Source: a virus (Duplodnaviria; Caudoviricetes). Taken from it: 63,349 nt of DNA. Position numbers and translations under genes: made by a program. The DNA is taken from IMG/VR virus record IMGVR_UViG_3300011115_000278, positions 1 through 63,349 of that record; one strand, written 5' to 3'. This document shows positions 35,122 to 45,183 of the stretch, one piece after another. How positions within the stretch are numbered: the first letter of the stretch is position 1; every line of letters starts with the position of its first letter. Below the pieces are notes generated by a model that was not told the DNA's origin, searched no databases, and saw only the letters and a program-made list of their open reading frames with translations.

Positions 35122-36644
35122 TGCACCAAACCCTGACTCCAGAAATCATTGACCGGATTTCCAAGAAGCTGCCTGCAGATGAGGCGGTGGAGTTACTTGC
35201 CATGTTTGCAGAGTTGGATGGCCGAAAGCGCCAGCAGTTAGCCCAAGACGACTTCTTATCGTTTATTGCTGCTATTGATACTAACTATAAGTTTGGCATT
35301 CACTTAAAACGGCTGGGTAGCCTGCTGATGGAGGTCGAACAGAACATCAAGAACCGGATTGCGGTGTCAATGGCACCTCGTATGGGTAAATCCCAGATGA
35401 TTTCTATCTATTATCCGGCTTGGTACTTGGGAAAACACCCCGATCACAAGGTAATTGTGGCCTCACACACTGCAGATTTGGCGGTTGTAATGGCTCGCAA
35501 GGTGCGAAATCTCATCAATACGCCCGAATACAAGGCAATTTTCCCCAATACAAGCATTGCAAGCGACGCAAAAGCGGCTGCGCAGTGGAATACGACCAAG
35601 GGTGGCGAGTATTTTGCAATTGGTGTGGGTGGTGCGCTGGCCGGACGGGGTGCTCACTTGATTATTGCCGACGATCCGCTGTCTGAGCAGGACATTAAGG
35701 GGGGAAACACGACTTCCCTTGACTCGGCGTACGAGTGGTTCAGTGCTGGTCTGCGTACTCGTCTCATGCCAGAGGGGAAAATCTGTGTTTTGCACACAAG
35801 GTGGCACCAGCGGGACCTGATTGGGCGGTTAATTAAAGACTCGGCCATGAATGAGGGCGGGGACAGCTACGAAATATTTGAATTCCCTGCCATTTTGAAC
35901 GAAGGCACGGATAACGAGAAGTCAATCTGGCCAGAGCAGTGGTCAATCGAGTCTTTGCAGCAAACCCGGGCGTCAATGCACCACATCATGTGGCAGTGGT
36001 ACGCTCAATACCAGCAAAACCCAACAGCAGCCGAGGCTGCGATCATAAAACGGGACTGGATACGCTGGTGGGAGAAAGATGACCCGCCAAAGATTGACTT
36101 TATGGTGCAAGCGTTTGATACGGCGCTTACAACCAAGGAACGGTCTGACTTTTCCGTGTGCCATACGTGGGGCGTGTGGGAGAATGACGACGATGGCACG
36201 CAGAACGTCATACTGCTGAATAAGGTTAAGGGGAAATACGAGTTTCCTGAGCTAAAAGCCATGGCGCACGAGCAGTACAAGATATGGGAGCCGGACAGTG
36301 TGATTGTTGAGGCTAAAGCCAGTGGTCAGCCGCTGATTGACGAGATGCGCAGGTCAGGTATATTTGTGCAGGACTTCAGTCCCGGCAAGGGGCAGGATAA
36401 AATTGCTAGGCTTAATGCTGTGGCAGATATGTTTGCATCAGGGCACGTTTGGTTCCCCGAGAATGCGTGGGCTGCGGCCACGGTGGAAGAGATTTTGGCG
36501 TTTCCTGCGGGCGAGCATGACGACGAGGTGGACACCATGACACTGGCGTTAATGAGAATTCGCAATGGTGGGCTATTGCGCTTGAGCAGTGACCACGAGG
36601 ATAATGACCCCTATTACGCGGCCCGTCGGCAGGCGTATTACTAA
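35121..36644 (+). CDS. terL: Terminase large subunit
   Basis: APRMGKS, IIADDP, TRWH, YQQNP and the nuclease motif HDDEVD. Confidence 0.92.
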   Translation: MHQTLTPEIIDRISKKLPADEAVELLAMFAELDGRKRQQLAQDDFLSFIAAIDTNYKFGIHLKRLGSLLMEVEQNIKNRIAVSMAPRMGKSQMISIYYPAWYLGKHPDHKVIVASHTADLAVVMARKVRNLINTPEYKAIFPNTSIASDAKAAAQWNTTKGGEYFAIGVGGALAGRGAHLIIADDPLSEQDIKGGNTTSLDSAYEWFSAGLRTRLMPEGKICVLHTRWHQRDLIGRLIKDSAMNEGGDSYEIFEFPAILNEGTDNEKSIWPEQWSIESLQQTRASMHHIMWQWYAQYQQNPTAAEAAIIKRDWIRWWEKDDPPKIDFMVQAFDTALTTKERSDFSVCHTWGVWENDDDGTQNVILLNKVKGKYEFPELKAMAHEQYKIWEPDSVIVEAKASGQPLIDEMRRSGIFVQDFSPGKGQDKIARLNAVADMFASGHVWFPENAWAAATVEEILAFPAGEHDDEVDTMTLALMRIRNGGLLRLSSDHEDNDPYYAARRQAYY

Positions 36645-36653
36645 GGACTTTAC

Positions 36654-39215
36654 ATGGCTACTAATATGTTCCCCTCTTTGAACCCAGCACCGCTTGGGTT
36701 GGATGCACTGGCCCCTGAGATGGACGAAGGCCCCGGTCTTGAGATTCAGATTGAGAACCCCGAGGGTGTGATTGTCGGCATGGACGGCATTGAGATTGAC
36801 CTGATGGAAATTGTTGCAGGCGATAAGAGCGACGACTTTGACGCTAACCTTGCCGACGAGATGGACGAGGGCGAGTTACAGAAAGTTGCCAGTGACTTAG
36901 TTGAGTTGGTGGACAGTGACATTTCTGGCCGTAAAGAGTGGGTGGAGATGTATGTCAAGGGCTTAGACGTTTTGGGGATGAAATATGAAGAACGAACGGA
37001 GCCGTGGCTTGGAGCTTGTGGCGTGTTTTCAACCGTACTCACAGAAGCGGCAGTTAGGTTTCAAAGTGAGACTATTATTGAGACATTCCCTGCTCAAGGA
37101 CCAGTCAAGACGGAAATCATTGGTGCGATTGATAGGCTTAAAGAGGAAGCTGCTGAGCGCGTCCGGGAGGACATGAATTTCCAGTTGACCGAGGTAATGT
37201 CTGAGTACCGCCCCGAGCATGAGAAGATGCTGTATTCCCTTGGTTTGGCTGGCAGTGCGTTCAAGAAAGTTTATTATGACCCCAGCTTGAGTCGCCAGAT
37301 TGCGGTGTTTATTCCCGCTGAAGACATTATTATTCCTTACGGTGCGTCGAGCTTGAAAACGTCTGATCGTGTAACTCACATCATGCGTAAGACCAAGAAC
37401 GACATGAAGAAGCTGCAGGTAGCGGGCTTTTATCGTGACGTTGAGTTGGGTGAACCACAAGTCATACATACAGACATTGAGAAGAAAAAAGCGGAAGACC
37501 AAGGCTTTACGCTCACAGATGACGACCGCTATCAGATTCTGGAAATCCACGTTGACTACGACTTACCGGGTTACGAGGATGAAGATGAGATTGCACTGCC
37601 ATACGTGGTGACAATTGATCGCGGCACTAACAAAGTGTTGGCCATCCGCCGCAACTGGAACCCAGACGACAAGCGCAAACTAAAACGCGATCACTTTGTA
37701 CAGTACACATACATACCCGGGTTTGGTGCTTACGGTCTTGGCTTGATTCACTTGATCGGCGGTTACGCACGCGCGGGTACGTCCATCATGCGTCAGTTGG
37801 TTGACGCAGGTACGTTGGCCAATTTGCCCGGTGGTTTGAAAGCTCGTGGCTTGCGCATCAAGGGCGACGATACCCCCATAAACCCCGGTGAGTTTCGTGA
37901 TGTAGATGTGCCAAGCGGCGCAGTCAAAGACAACATCATGATGTTGCCGTACAAAGAACCGTCACAAGTTCTGCTGTTGCTACTGAATCAGATCACTGAC
38001 GAGGGCAAACGCCTTGGCTCTATTGCTGATATGAACATCAGCGACATGAGTGCAAATGCTCCGGTGGGTACCACGCTTGCGCTGTTGGAGAGACAACTCA
38101 AGACAATGAGCGCGGTGCAAGCTAGGGTTCACTACTCGATGAAGCAAGAGTTTAAACTTTTGCGTGACATCATCCGCGACTACACACCAGATCAGTACGG
38201 CTTTGATCCATCAAGCGGCGACCGCATGGCAAAGCAAGAAGATTACGACATGGTGGACGTGATCCCCGTAAGCGACCCCAACAGCGCGACGATGGCGCAG
38301 CGCATCATGCAGTACCAAGCAGTGATGCAGTTGGCGCAACAAGCTCCGCAAATTTATGACTTGCCTATATTGCACCGTCAGATGATTGAGGTGCTTGGTG
38401 TGAAGAACGCTGAGAAACTTGTACCTACAGATGACGACATGACACCCCGCGATCCTGTCTCGGAAAACATGGCGTTCCTGAATGGCAAACCAACCAAAGC
38501 GTTTATTTATCAAGACCACGACGCACACATTGCTGTACATACCTCAATGATGCAAGACCCACTCATCATGGCGCAAGTTGGGCAGAACCCACAAGCCCAA
38601 AAGATGATGGCTGAGATTCAAGCTCACCTCTCAGAACATTTGGCGTTTGCTTACCGCAAGAAAGTGGAAGAACAGCTTGGCGTGCCATTGCCACCACCCG
38701 ACGAACCCCTGCCAGAAGACGCAGAAGTTATGTTGTCACGTTTGGTTGCCCAAGGCGCACAGCAAGTGCTGGCTGCGAGTAAAGGTCAGGCGGCTAATCA
38801 GCAAGCTCAGCAGATGCAGCAAGACCCCGTCATGCAGTTGCAGCAAGCCGAACTCCAGATCAAGAAACAAGAGGCTGACACTAAAGCGCTCAAGGTCAAG
38901 GGCGACCTCCAGCTTAAAGCCGAGGAGTTGTCACTCAAAGCCCGCGAAAGCGCGGCTAAAACAGGTGAAGACCCACAGATGGCTGCAATGCGTCTACAGC
39001 AAGAAATTATGCAGGCGCAAGAGTTACACGGTATGGAGATGGCCGCTAAACAGATGGAGTTGCAACAAGCTCAAGCCCAGCAACAGCAAGCTATGCAGCA
39101 GCAGCAAGCTCAGGCTCAGCAGAAGATGGCTCATGGCGGACAGGTGCATAACCAGAAGTTAGAGCATGCCGAGATGGACAGAATCGCAAAGTTATTACAA
39201 GGTAATAGGGAGTAA
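36654..39215 (+). CDS. Portal protein with a long Gln-rich C-terminal barrel
   Basis: 853 aa after terL; GSAFKKVYYD, GFGAYGLGLI and a P22-like coiled-coil tail. Confidence 0.85.
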   Translation: MATNMFPSLNPAPLGLDALAPEMDEGPGLEIQIENPEGVIVGMDGIEIDLMEIVAGDKSDDFDANLADEMDEGELQKVASDLVELVDSDISGRKEWVEMYVKGLDVLGMKYEERTEPWLGACGVFSTVLTEAAVRFQSETIIETFPAQGPVKTEIIGAIDRLKEEAAERVREDMNFQLTEVMSEYRPEHEKMLYSLGLAGSAFKKVYYDPSLSRQIAVFIPAEDIIIPYGASSLKTSDRVTHIMRKTKNDMKKLQVAGFYRDVELGEPQVIHTDIEKKKAEDQGFTLTDDDRYQILEIHVDYDLPGYEDEDEIALPYVVTIDRGTNKVLAIRRNWNPDDKRKLKRDHFVQYTYIPGFGAYGLGLIHLIGGYARAGTSIMRQLVDAGTLANLPGGLKARGLRIKGDDTPINPGEFRDVDVPSGAVKDNIMMLPYKEPSQVLLLLLNQITDEGKRLGSIADMNISDMSANAPVGTTLALLERQLKTMSAVQARVHYSMKQEFKLLRDIIRDYTPDQYGFDPSSGDRMAKQEDYDMVDVIPVSDPNSATMAQRIMQYQAVMQLAQQAPQIYDLPILHRQMIEVLGVKNAEKLVPTDDDMTPRDPVSENMAFLNGKPTKAFIYQDHDAHIAVHTSMMQDPLIMAQVGQNPQAQKMMAEIQAHLSEHLAFAYRKKVEEQLGVPLPPPDEPLPEDAEVMLSRLVAQGAQQVLAASKGQAANQQAQQMQQDPVMQLQQAELQIKKQEADTKALKVKGDLQLKAEELSLKARESAAKTGEDPQMAAMRLQQEIMQAQELHGMEMAAKQMELQQAQAQQQQAMQQQQAQAQQKMAHGGQVHNQKLEHAEMDRIAKLLQGNRE

Positions 39216-39217
39216 TC

Positions 39218-39412
39218 ATGGCCAGTCTGCTTGAGGTGTTAAACAAAAAACTTGACGAACACGTCAAGCAGTTGGTCGATGTTGTCAGTGCTGGTGGTGC
39301 GAAATCCCACGAGCACTACAAAGAATTGTGCGGGACTATCCGAGGTCTGCAAACCGCGCAGTATGAACTTGCTGACCTCGTGCGAAAAACTAAGGAATAT
39401 GAAGATGACTGA
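39218..39412 (+). CDS. Small conserved head-module protein
   Basis: 64 aa with Y..LCG.IRGL. Confidence 0.65.
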   Translation: MASLLEVLNKKLDEHVKQLVDVVSAGGAKSHEHYKELCGTIRGLQTAQYELADLVRKTKEYEDD

Positions 39413-39809
39413 TTTCGACGTTAGTGCGGTTGATCTGAGTGGGTTGCTAAACACATCCACGGAAGAAAAAGCCAAACAAGTGCCGGACCCCGCGACGTAC
39501 CATATTTTGTGTATGTTGCCAAAAGCTGAAGAAGAATTTAGTGAGACTGGGATTTTAAAGTCCACCACAGCTATGTACCACGAGGAGCTTCTATCCCCCG
39601 TGTTATTTGTCGCAAAGATTGGCCCCGATGCGTTCAAAGACCAAGCCAGATTTCCGTCTGGCCCATCATGCAAAGTTGGTGATTTTATTTTGGTTCGCCC
39701 AAACACCGGCACCCGTATGAAAATTCATGGCACCGAATGGCGTTTAATTAACGATGATTCCATACAAGCCGTTGTGCAAGACCCTCGTGGTATCCAGCGT
39801 CCCACATAA
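39405..39809 (+). CDS. groES: GroES-like co-chaperonin
   Basis: GIL....V.K.GPDA......CKVGDFIL....G......E.RLINDD.I.AVV. Confidence 0.75.
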   Translation: MTDFDVSAVDLSGLLNTSTEEKAKQVPDPATYHILCMLPKAEEEFSETGILKSTTAMYHEELLSPVLFVAKIGPDAFKDQARFPSGPSCKVGDFILVRPNTGTRMKIHGTEWRLINDDSIQAVVQDPRGIQRPT

Positions 39810-39818
39810 GGAGTAATC

Positions 39819-40775
39819 ATGGCTGAAATTGAAAAAACAGAATTTGAATTTCCCGATGAAGTTGAAGTCAACGCCCGCAAGGGTGGCAAAGTTGTAGAAC
39901 CTGAGTCTGACGAACCGGAAATTGAAGTCGTAGACGACACACCTGCCGAAGACCGTGGGCGTAAACCCATGTCTGAGCCGCCCAAAGATGTGACGGACGA
40001 CGAGTTGTCAAAGTACGACGAAAGTGTTCAAAAACGTATAAAACACTTTACAAAAGGCTACCACGACGAGCGCCGCGCTAAAGAATCGGCGGAACGTGAG
40101 CGAGAAGAAGCACTGCGGTTTGCCCGATCTTTGGCTGAAGAAAACAACAAACTTAAAGGCTCTGTTAACCAGAATCAGACAGCCTTGATTGAACAAGCCA
40201 AGAAAGTGGTGGCCAATGAGCTTGATACTGCAAAACGTCAATACAAAGAAGCCTACGAAGCGGGTGATTCTGATGCTTTGGTAAACGCTCAAGAAGCGCT
40301 TACCTCTGCCAAGATGAAAGCGGAAAAAGTAAATAATTTTCGCCCAGCCCCTTTACAGGTGGAAAAAACTGATGTACAAACTGCATATCAGCCCCAACCG
40401 GCTGCACCCGTGGACGACAAACTGCTTGCATGGCAAGACCAAAATCAGTGGTTTGGGTCCAATAAACGGATGACAGCTTATGCCCTCGGCTTGCACGAGG
40501 ACTTGGTAGGGGAAGGAATTCCGGCAGGCAGTGAAGAATACTACCGACGTATCAACACTGACATGCGCGAAAGGTTTGCCGACCACTTTGGAGCCGACGA
40601 ACCCGCTGATGCGAAACCTCAGCGAACCAAATCCAATAACGTTGCACCTGCAACGCGTAGTACAGCACCGCGCAAAATCGTGCTGACGCAGACACAGGTA
40701 AATCTCGCCAAGCGGTTGGGAGTTCCATTGGAACTGTACGCCCGTAAGGTTGCTGAAGAAATGAGGAAAACATAA
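39819..40775 (+). CDS. Putative scaffolding protein
   Basis: Acidic N-terminus and coiled coil; lies before the capsid genes. Confidence 0.65.
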   Translation: MAEIEKTEFEFPDEVEVNARKGGKVVEPESDEPEIEVVDDTPAEDRGRKPMSEPPKDVTDDELSKYDESVQKRIKHFTKGYHDERRAKESAEREREEALRFARSLAEENNKLKGSVNQNQTALIEQAKKVVANELDTAKRQYKEAYEAGDSDALVNAQEALTSAKMKAEKVNNFRPAPLQVEKTDVQTAYQPQPAAPVDDKLLAWQDQNQWFGSNKRMTAYALGLHEDLVGEGIPAGSEEYYRRINTDMRERFADHFGADEPADAKPQRTKSNNVAPATRSTAPRKIVLTQTQVNLAKRLGVPLELYARKVAEEMRKT

Positions 40776-41227
40776 TGGAAAAAACTAAACCCCTATCACG
40801 GGAACTTGATACACGCGAACAGGCGGAGCGTCCTAAACAATGGATGCCCCCCAAACTTCTACCCGATCCGAAACCGGAAGCGGGTTATGCATTTCGCTGG
40901 ATCAGGATTGCCTCGCAGGGAAAAGAGGACGCCACAAACTATTCCTCCAAGCTTGCCGAGGGTTGGGAACCCGTTAAAGCTTCAGATCATCCCGAGATTC
41001 GTCTGTTTAATTCTGCTGCGGCAAAGTTTCCAGACAGTATTGAGGTAGGTGGTCTCTTGCTTTGCAAAACACCTGTGGAGTTTACTGTGCAACGTAATGC
41101 GTACTATCGCCAACAAGCGGATGCGCAGATGCAATCAGTTGACAACACATACATGCGCGAGAATGATCCGAGGATGCCTATGTTTAAAGAACGTAAGTCC
41201 ACGGTCACTTTCGGAAAAGGTATTTAA
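40775..41227 (+). CDS. Conserved head-module hypothetical protein
   Basis: 150 aa with FRWIR, EGWEPV and GGLLLCK. Confidence 0.7.
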   Translation: MEKTKPLSRELDTREQAERPKQWMPPKLLPDPKPEAGYAFRWIRIASQGKEDATNYSSKLAEGWEPVKASDHPEIRLFNSAAAKFPDSIEVGGLLLCKTPVEFTVQRNAYYRQQADAQMQSVDNTYMRENDPRMPMFKERKSTVTFGKGI

Positions 41228-41244
41228 TTTTTTAGGAGTCTTAA

Positions 41245-41847
41245 ATGGCAACTACAGCAGCACCCTATGGGCTACGTCCCATAAATCGTATCGACGGCAT
41301 GCCTTATGCTGGCGCTACGAGTCAGTTCTTGATTGACCCAGCAGGCACTGGAACCAACTTGTTTTATGGTCAAGTTGTTCTTATCAATGCAAGTGGTTAT
41401 ATCGCTTTGTCTACCGCTAATGGCATAGACACTACTACCAATAACCTTGGTGGCAATGGTGTAGGTGCAATCGGCGTTTTCGTCGGTGCATCTTATATCA
41501 ACGCACAAGGCCAGCAAATTTACGGTCAGTATTACCCTTCCGGCACAACCGGCGTGGTGACTGCATACGTAATTACTGACCCATTTGTTACTTTCCAAGC
41601 ACAACTAAGTGGTTCTGGCGCTCAAACAGTTTTGGGCACTAACACCTTCTTTACCGCTGTACAAAGCACTAGCACGGGTTCCACTCAGACTGGTAACTCA
41701 ACTAGCTCTTTATCAGTTACTGTGCAAGCAACGGCTGCGGCTTTCCGTATTGTGGGCTTTGCGTCTACTCCCGGCGATGCATACACTGATGTGTTGGTTA
41801 AGTTCAACCCCAGTGCCCATTCATACTTGAATAACGTTGGCCTGTAA
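41245..41847 (+). CDS. Putative capsid decoration/cement protein
   Basis: 200 aa, beta-rich, directly before the major capsid gene. Confidence 0.55.
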   Translation: MATTAAPYGLRPINRIDGMPYAGATSQFLIDPAGTGTNLFYGQVVLINASGYIALSTANGIDTTTNNLGGNGVGAIGVFVGASYINAQGQQIYGQYYPSGTTGVVTAYVITDPFVTFQAQLSGSGAQTVLGTNTFFTAVQSTSTGSTQTGNSTSSLSVTVQATAAAFRIVGFASTPGDAYTDVLVKFNPSAHSYLNNVGL

Positions 41848-41857
41848 GGAGTAAATC

Positions 41858-42766
41858 ATGGCAATTTCACGCGCACAACTACTTAAAGAACTTCTTCCCG
41901 GCTTAAACGCTTTGTTTGGTCTGGAGTACGCCAAGTATGGTGAGGAACATAAAGAAATTTATGAAACCGAAACTTCTGAGCGTTCTTTTGAAGAAGAGAC
42001 AAAACTGTCTGGCTTCGGTCAAGCACCAGTCAAAAACGAGGGTTCTGCCATCGCTTATGACAATGCACAAGAAGCATGGACTGCACGTTACACCCACGAA
42101 ACCATTGCGATGGGCTTTTCCATCACAGAGGAAGCTGTGGAAGATAACTTGTATGACAGCTTGTCTTCACGCTACACCAAGGCTCTGGCCCGTGGTATGG
42201 CATACACCAAGCAAGTTAAAGCTGCTTATGTGTTGAACAATGCCTTTGCTGGCGGCCCAACATACGGCGACGGTGTGGTGCTTTGCTCCACTGCCCACCC
42301 TTTGATTTCTGGTGGTACTAACAGCAATACACCATCTACCGCTGCTGACTTGAATGAAACATCGTTGGAAAACGCTGTTATTCAGATCGCAGCTTGGACA
42401 GACGAGCGTAGCTTGCTGATTGCTGCAAAGCCTAGGAAGTTGATTGTTCCTCCTTCTTTGATGTTTGTTGCTACACGTTTGCTGGAAACCGAACTCCGTG
42501 TTTCTACTGCTGACAATGACATTAACGCATTGAAGAACAATGGTTCAATCCCTGAAGGCTATACCGTTAACCACTACCTGACAGACACCAATGCTTGGTT
42601 CCTGTGTACAGATGTGCCTAACGGCTTAAAGCACTTTGTTCGTACCCCCTTGTCTACTGGCATGGACGGTGACTTTGACACAGGTAACGTTCGTTACAAA
42701 TCCCGCGAGCGTTACAGCTTCGGTGTGTCAGACCCACTGGGTATCTTCGGGTCACCCGGAGCCTAA
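41858..42766 (+). CDS. Major capsid protein (HK97 fold, Mu gpT-like)
   Basis: MAISRAQLLKELLPGLNALFG...RERYSFG.SDP.G; strong SD; followed by a terminator. Confidence 0.88.
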   Translation: MAISRAQLLKELLPGLNALFGLEYAKYGEEHKEIYETETSERSFEEETKLSGFGQAPVKNEGSAIAYDNAQEAWTARYTHETIAMGFSITEEAVEDNLYDSLSSRYTKALARGMAYTKQVKAAYVLNNAFAGGPTYGDGVVLCSTAHPLISGGTNSNTPSTAADLNETSLENAVIQIAAWTDERSLLIAAKPRKLIVPPSLMFVATRLLETELRVSTADNDINALKNNGSIPEGYTVNHYLTDTNAWFLCTDVPNGLKHFVRTPLSTGMDGDFDTGNVRYKSRERYSFGVSDPLGIFGSPGA

Positions 42767-42786
42767 TATTTCTTTGGAAATATTTG

Positions 42787-42815
42787 AAGGGGGGCCTTGT
42801 GCCCCCTTTTCTTTT
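42787..42815 (+). terminator. Intrinsic terminator after the major capsid gene
   Basis: AAGGGGG..CCCCCTT followed by TTCTTTT. Confidence 0.75.
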
Positions 42816-42834
42816 GTTGTATATTGCATTTAAC

Positions 42835-42902
42835 CCGGGCTTATCCGGTGTTCTGACAGTCCCGGCTGACGACATGCAGACAGAACACCCCAACTTGCAT
42901 GT
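42835..42902 (+). ncRNA. Candidate pseudoknotted leader RNA
   Basis: GGTGTTCTG/CAGAACACC stem with an ACATGCA/TGCATGT pseudoknot abutting the SD. Confidence 0.4.
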
Positions 42903-42914
42903 AAGGAATACATC

Positions 42915-43457
42915 ATGGCACGCACTACGTTTCAAGGCCCAGTTCGTTCATTGGGCGGCATCTATCAACAAGGCCCAGCGGCTGTTGTTGAGATCACATC
43001 TAGCACCACATTAAACCCTACAGATCACGCTGGTCGTATCATTTCTGTTGGTGGTTCTTTGGCGGCAGCATTGACTTTGACTTTGCCAGCTATTAACGTT
43101 TCAACTAATTCCACAACATCTGGCCCCGGTCAAGACCCCAGCACAGTTAACAATGAAGGCGTTGTATACACCATCTGGGTTCCTACAACCATCTCCACTA
43201 GCTCGTTGAAGATTGGCACTAACGGTACTGACAAATACGTTGGCACAATTGTTATGAACGATGTTGATACTGACGGAGCCGCTTTGGTTGGTTTTTCAGC
43301 CGCCGCTGCTAACGATTTTATTAACTTAAATGGCACTACCACTGGCGGTGTTGCTGGTTCATGGGTGCAAATTGTTGCTATTGCCGCTAACAAATACGTG
43401 GTTACTGGCACGGTGTTGGGCACAGGCACTGTTGCTACGCCATTTGCTAACTCCTAA
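42915..43457 (+). CDS. Putative virion structural protein
   Basis: 180 aa, Thr/Gly-rich beta protein. Confidence 0.65.
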   Translation: MARTTFQGPVRSLGGIYQQGPAAVVEITSSTTLNPTDHAGRIISVGGSLAAALTLTLPAINVSTNSTTSGPGQDPSTVNNEGVVYTIWVPTTISTSSLKIGTNGTDKYVGTIVMNDVDTDGAALVGFSAAAANDFINLNGTTTGGVAGSWVQIVAIAANKYVVTGTVLGTGTVATPFANS

Positions 43458-43500
43458 TCAACCCAAGGGGCTTCGGCCCTATTTTTAAAGGAGATTGATT

Positions 43501-43779
43501 ATGATGCAAACGGACGTTTTATCTAAAGCTGCGGCTGCTGGAACAACTACCACCATTTTTGCTGGCCCAGCCCGTATTAAAGGTGTGTCTATCAGCTATC
43601 CATCAGGGGGAACGGTTGTTCTTAATGATGGAACAGGCGGCACAGGTATGTTTTCTTTTACTGCGCCAGCGGCTGCGGGTTCTATTTACATGATATTCCC
43701 CGGAGAAGGTATTAGATGTAGTACCAACATTTCAGCAGTTTGTGCCGCATCTACTACCGCCGTGGTGTTCTATGGCTAA
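43501..43779 (+). CDS. Small structural protein
   Basis: SD AAGGAG; beta-rich. Confidence 0.65.
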   Translation: MMQTDVLSKAAAAGTTTTIFAGPARIKGVSISYPSGGTVVLNDGTGGTGMFSFTAPAAAGSIYMIFPGEGIRCSTNISAVCAASTTAVVFYG

Positions 43780-44017
43780 GTCACCCGCATGGCAGAGGAA
43801 AGAGGGCAAATCCGAGAAGGGCGGCCTGAACGCCAAAGGCCGAGCCTCTGCCAAAGCGCAAGGCATGAACTTGAAACCTCCCCAGCCAGAAGGCGGCTCC
43901 CGGCGCGACTCTTTCTGTGCGAGGATGGGCGGCATGAAAAAGAAGCTAACGAGTGCAAAGACAGCCAACGATCCGAACAGTCGGATTAACAAAGCATTGA
44001 GGGCATGGAATTGTTAG
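43772..44017 (+). CDS. Small basic protein (DUF6321-like)
   Basis: MAKSPAWQRKEGK..GGLN.KGR...RRDSFCARM...W.C. Confidence 0.65.
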   Translation: MAKSPAWQRKEGKSEKGGLNAKGRASAKAQGMNLKPPQPEGGSRRDSFCARMGGMKKKLTSAKTANDPNSRINKALRAWNC

Positions 44018-44250
44018 ATTTAAATACCGTTTGGCTATCTACAATATCACTGTTAATTGCAGTGATAGCGTACATGATGAATGAAAAGTTCAGGGAATTG
44101 ACTCGTGTCACCATCTTGTTGAACAAAACACGTGAGGAGGTTGCCCGTGATAATGTTACTCAAGCAGAAATTGACCGCATTACGAACCACATTGACCAAC
44201 GCTTTAACAAACTTGAAGCAAAAATTGATCAACTTATTCAAAAAGGGTGA
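44005..44250 (+). CDS. Small membrane-anchored coiled-coil protein
   Basis: N-terminal hydrophobic helix followed by a coiled coil. Confidence 0.6.
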   Translation: MELLDLNTVWLSTISLLIAVIAYMMNEKFRELTRVTILLNKTREEVARDNVTQAEIDRITNHIDQRFNKLEAKIDQLIQKG

Positions 44251-44256
44251 GTAATC

Positions 44257-45183
44257 ATGGGCGTTGAATCACTTGTAAAAGGCGCTGTTGGCACATTGGC
44301 CAAAGATAAAGTGTCTTCGTACTTGTCGCCTAGCCAAATGGATTTTATTACGTTTGCGCTTAACCCGCAGGCATACCTTCTTGATAAAGGCGTTAACGCA
44401 GCCGCTAATGCGTTGGGATATGGCAGTCAGTATCGTGAGTTAAAAGGTGGCGCTCAAAGTGAAAAAGAAGAGTACAAACAAGTAATGCGCGACGCTATTG
44501 GTGATATGTTGCCAGACACAGTTGGCGACTTTGTACGCGCAACGCCCAGAATATCGGAAGCTGATTTGCAACCTGCTGGGACATATACAGCTTTTGACCC
44601 TAATACGCAAACTTACATGCAGCAAGGATCGTCTAACCCGATAGCACGCTCGGACTCTGCTGGGTTTGATAACTTTGTGCGTGATTTAAACTACGGAACT
44701 CAAACCCCCGGTACTGGAAACGCAGTAGGTCCATTGCCAGAAGGCAATCCTATATTTGAGAGCAACGTTAGTAATCTTCCGTACGAATTACAGTCAACGC
44801 CAGTTAGCGGCGCACCAGAGGGGTTTGATCCAGCGTTGTTAGCTGCAATCATACGCGATGCAAATCCAACCAGCACTGGCGCTACGGATGACTTGGGTGA
44901 AGTAACTGTCGTTGACCAAAAACCTTCTGGTAGCGGTGGTGATTTGTCCTACACAGAGATGCTTGATGTATTAAATTCAACGTCTACGTACGACCCCAAT
45001 CTTGGCATGAACGTACCAGTTACAGAAAGCCTAGCTCCAGAAGGATACATGTTTGATGCTGGTAGTGGTATGAACGAATACTTTGGCGGTGGCAGCGGCG
45101 GCGGTGGTCTTGGCAAATACTATGACGATTTTAGTAGCCAAGCCTACGTTAGAGGTGGTCAAATTCCACAAGGCAGACGATAA
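44257..45183 (+). CDS. Hypothetical acidic protein
   Basis: 308 aa, ending AYVRGGQIPQGRR. Confidence 0.65.
   Translation: MGVESLVKGAVGTLAKDKVSSYLSPSQMDFITFALNPQAYLLDKGVNAAANALGYGSQYRELKGGAQSEKEEYKQVMRDAIGDMLPDTVGDFVRATPRISEADLQPAGTYTAFDPNTQTYMQQGSSNPIARSDSAGFDNFVRDLNYGTQTPGTGNAVGPLPEGNPIFESNVSNLPYELQSTPVSGAPEGFDPALLAAIIRDANPTSTGATDDLGEVTVVDQKPSGSGGDLSYTEMLDVLNSTSTYDPNLGMNVPVTESLAPEGYMFDAGSGMNEYFGGGSGGGGLGKYYDDFSSQAYVRGGQIPQGRR

Noticed and set aside
42866-42872. CTGACGA as a hammerhead ribozyme core
   Set aside because: The required GAAA and a three-stem junction with a cleavage triplet could not be placed.
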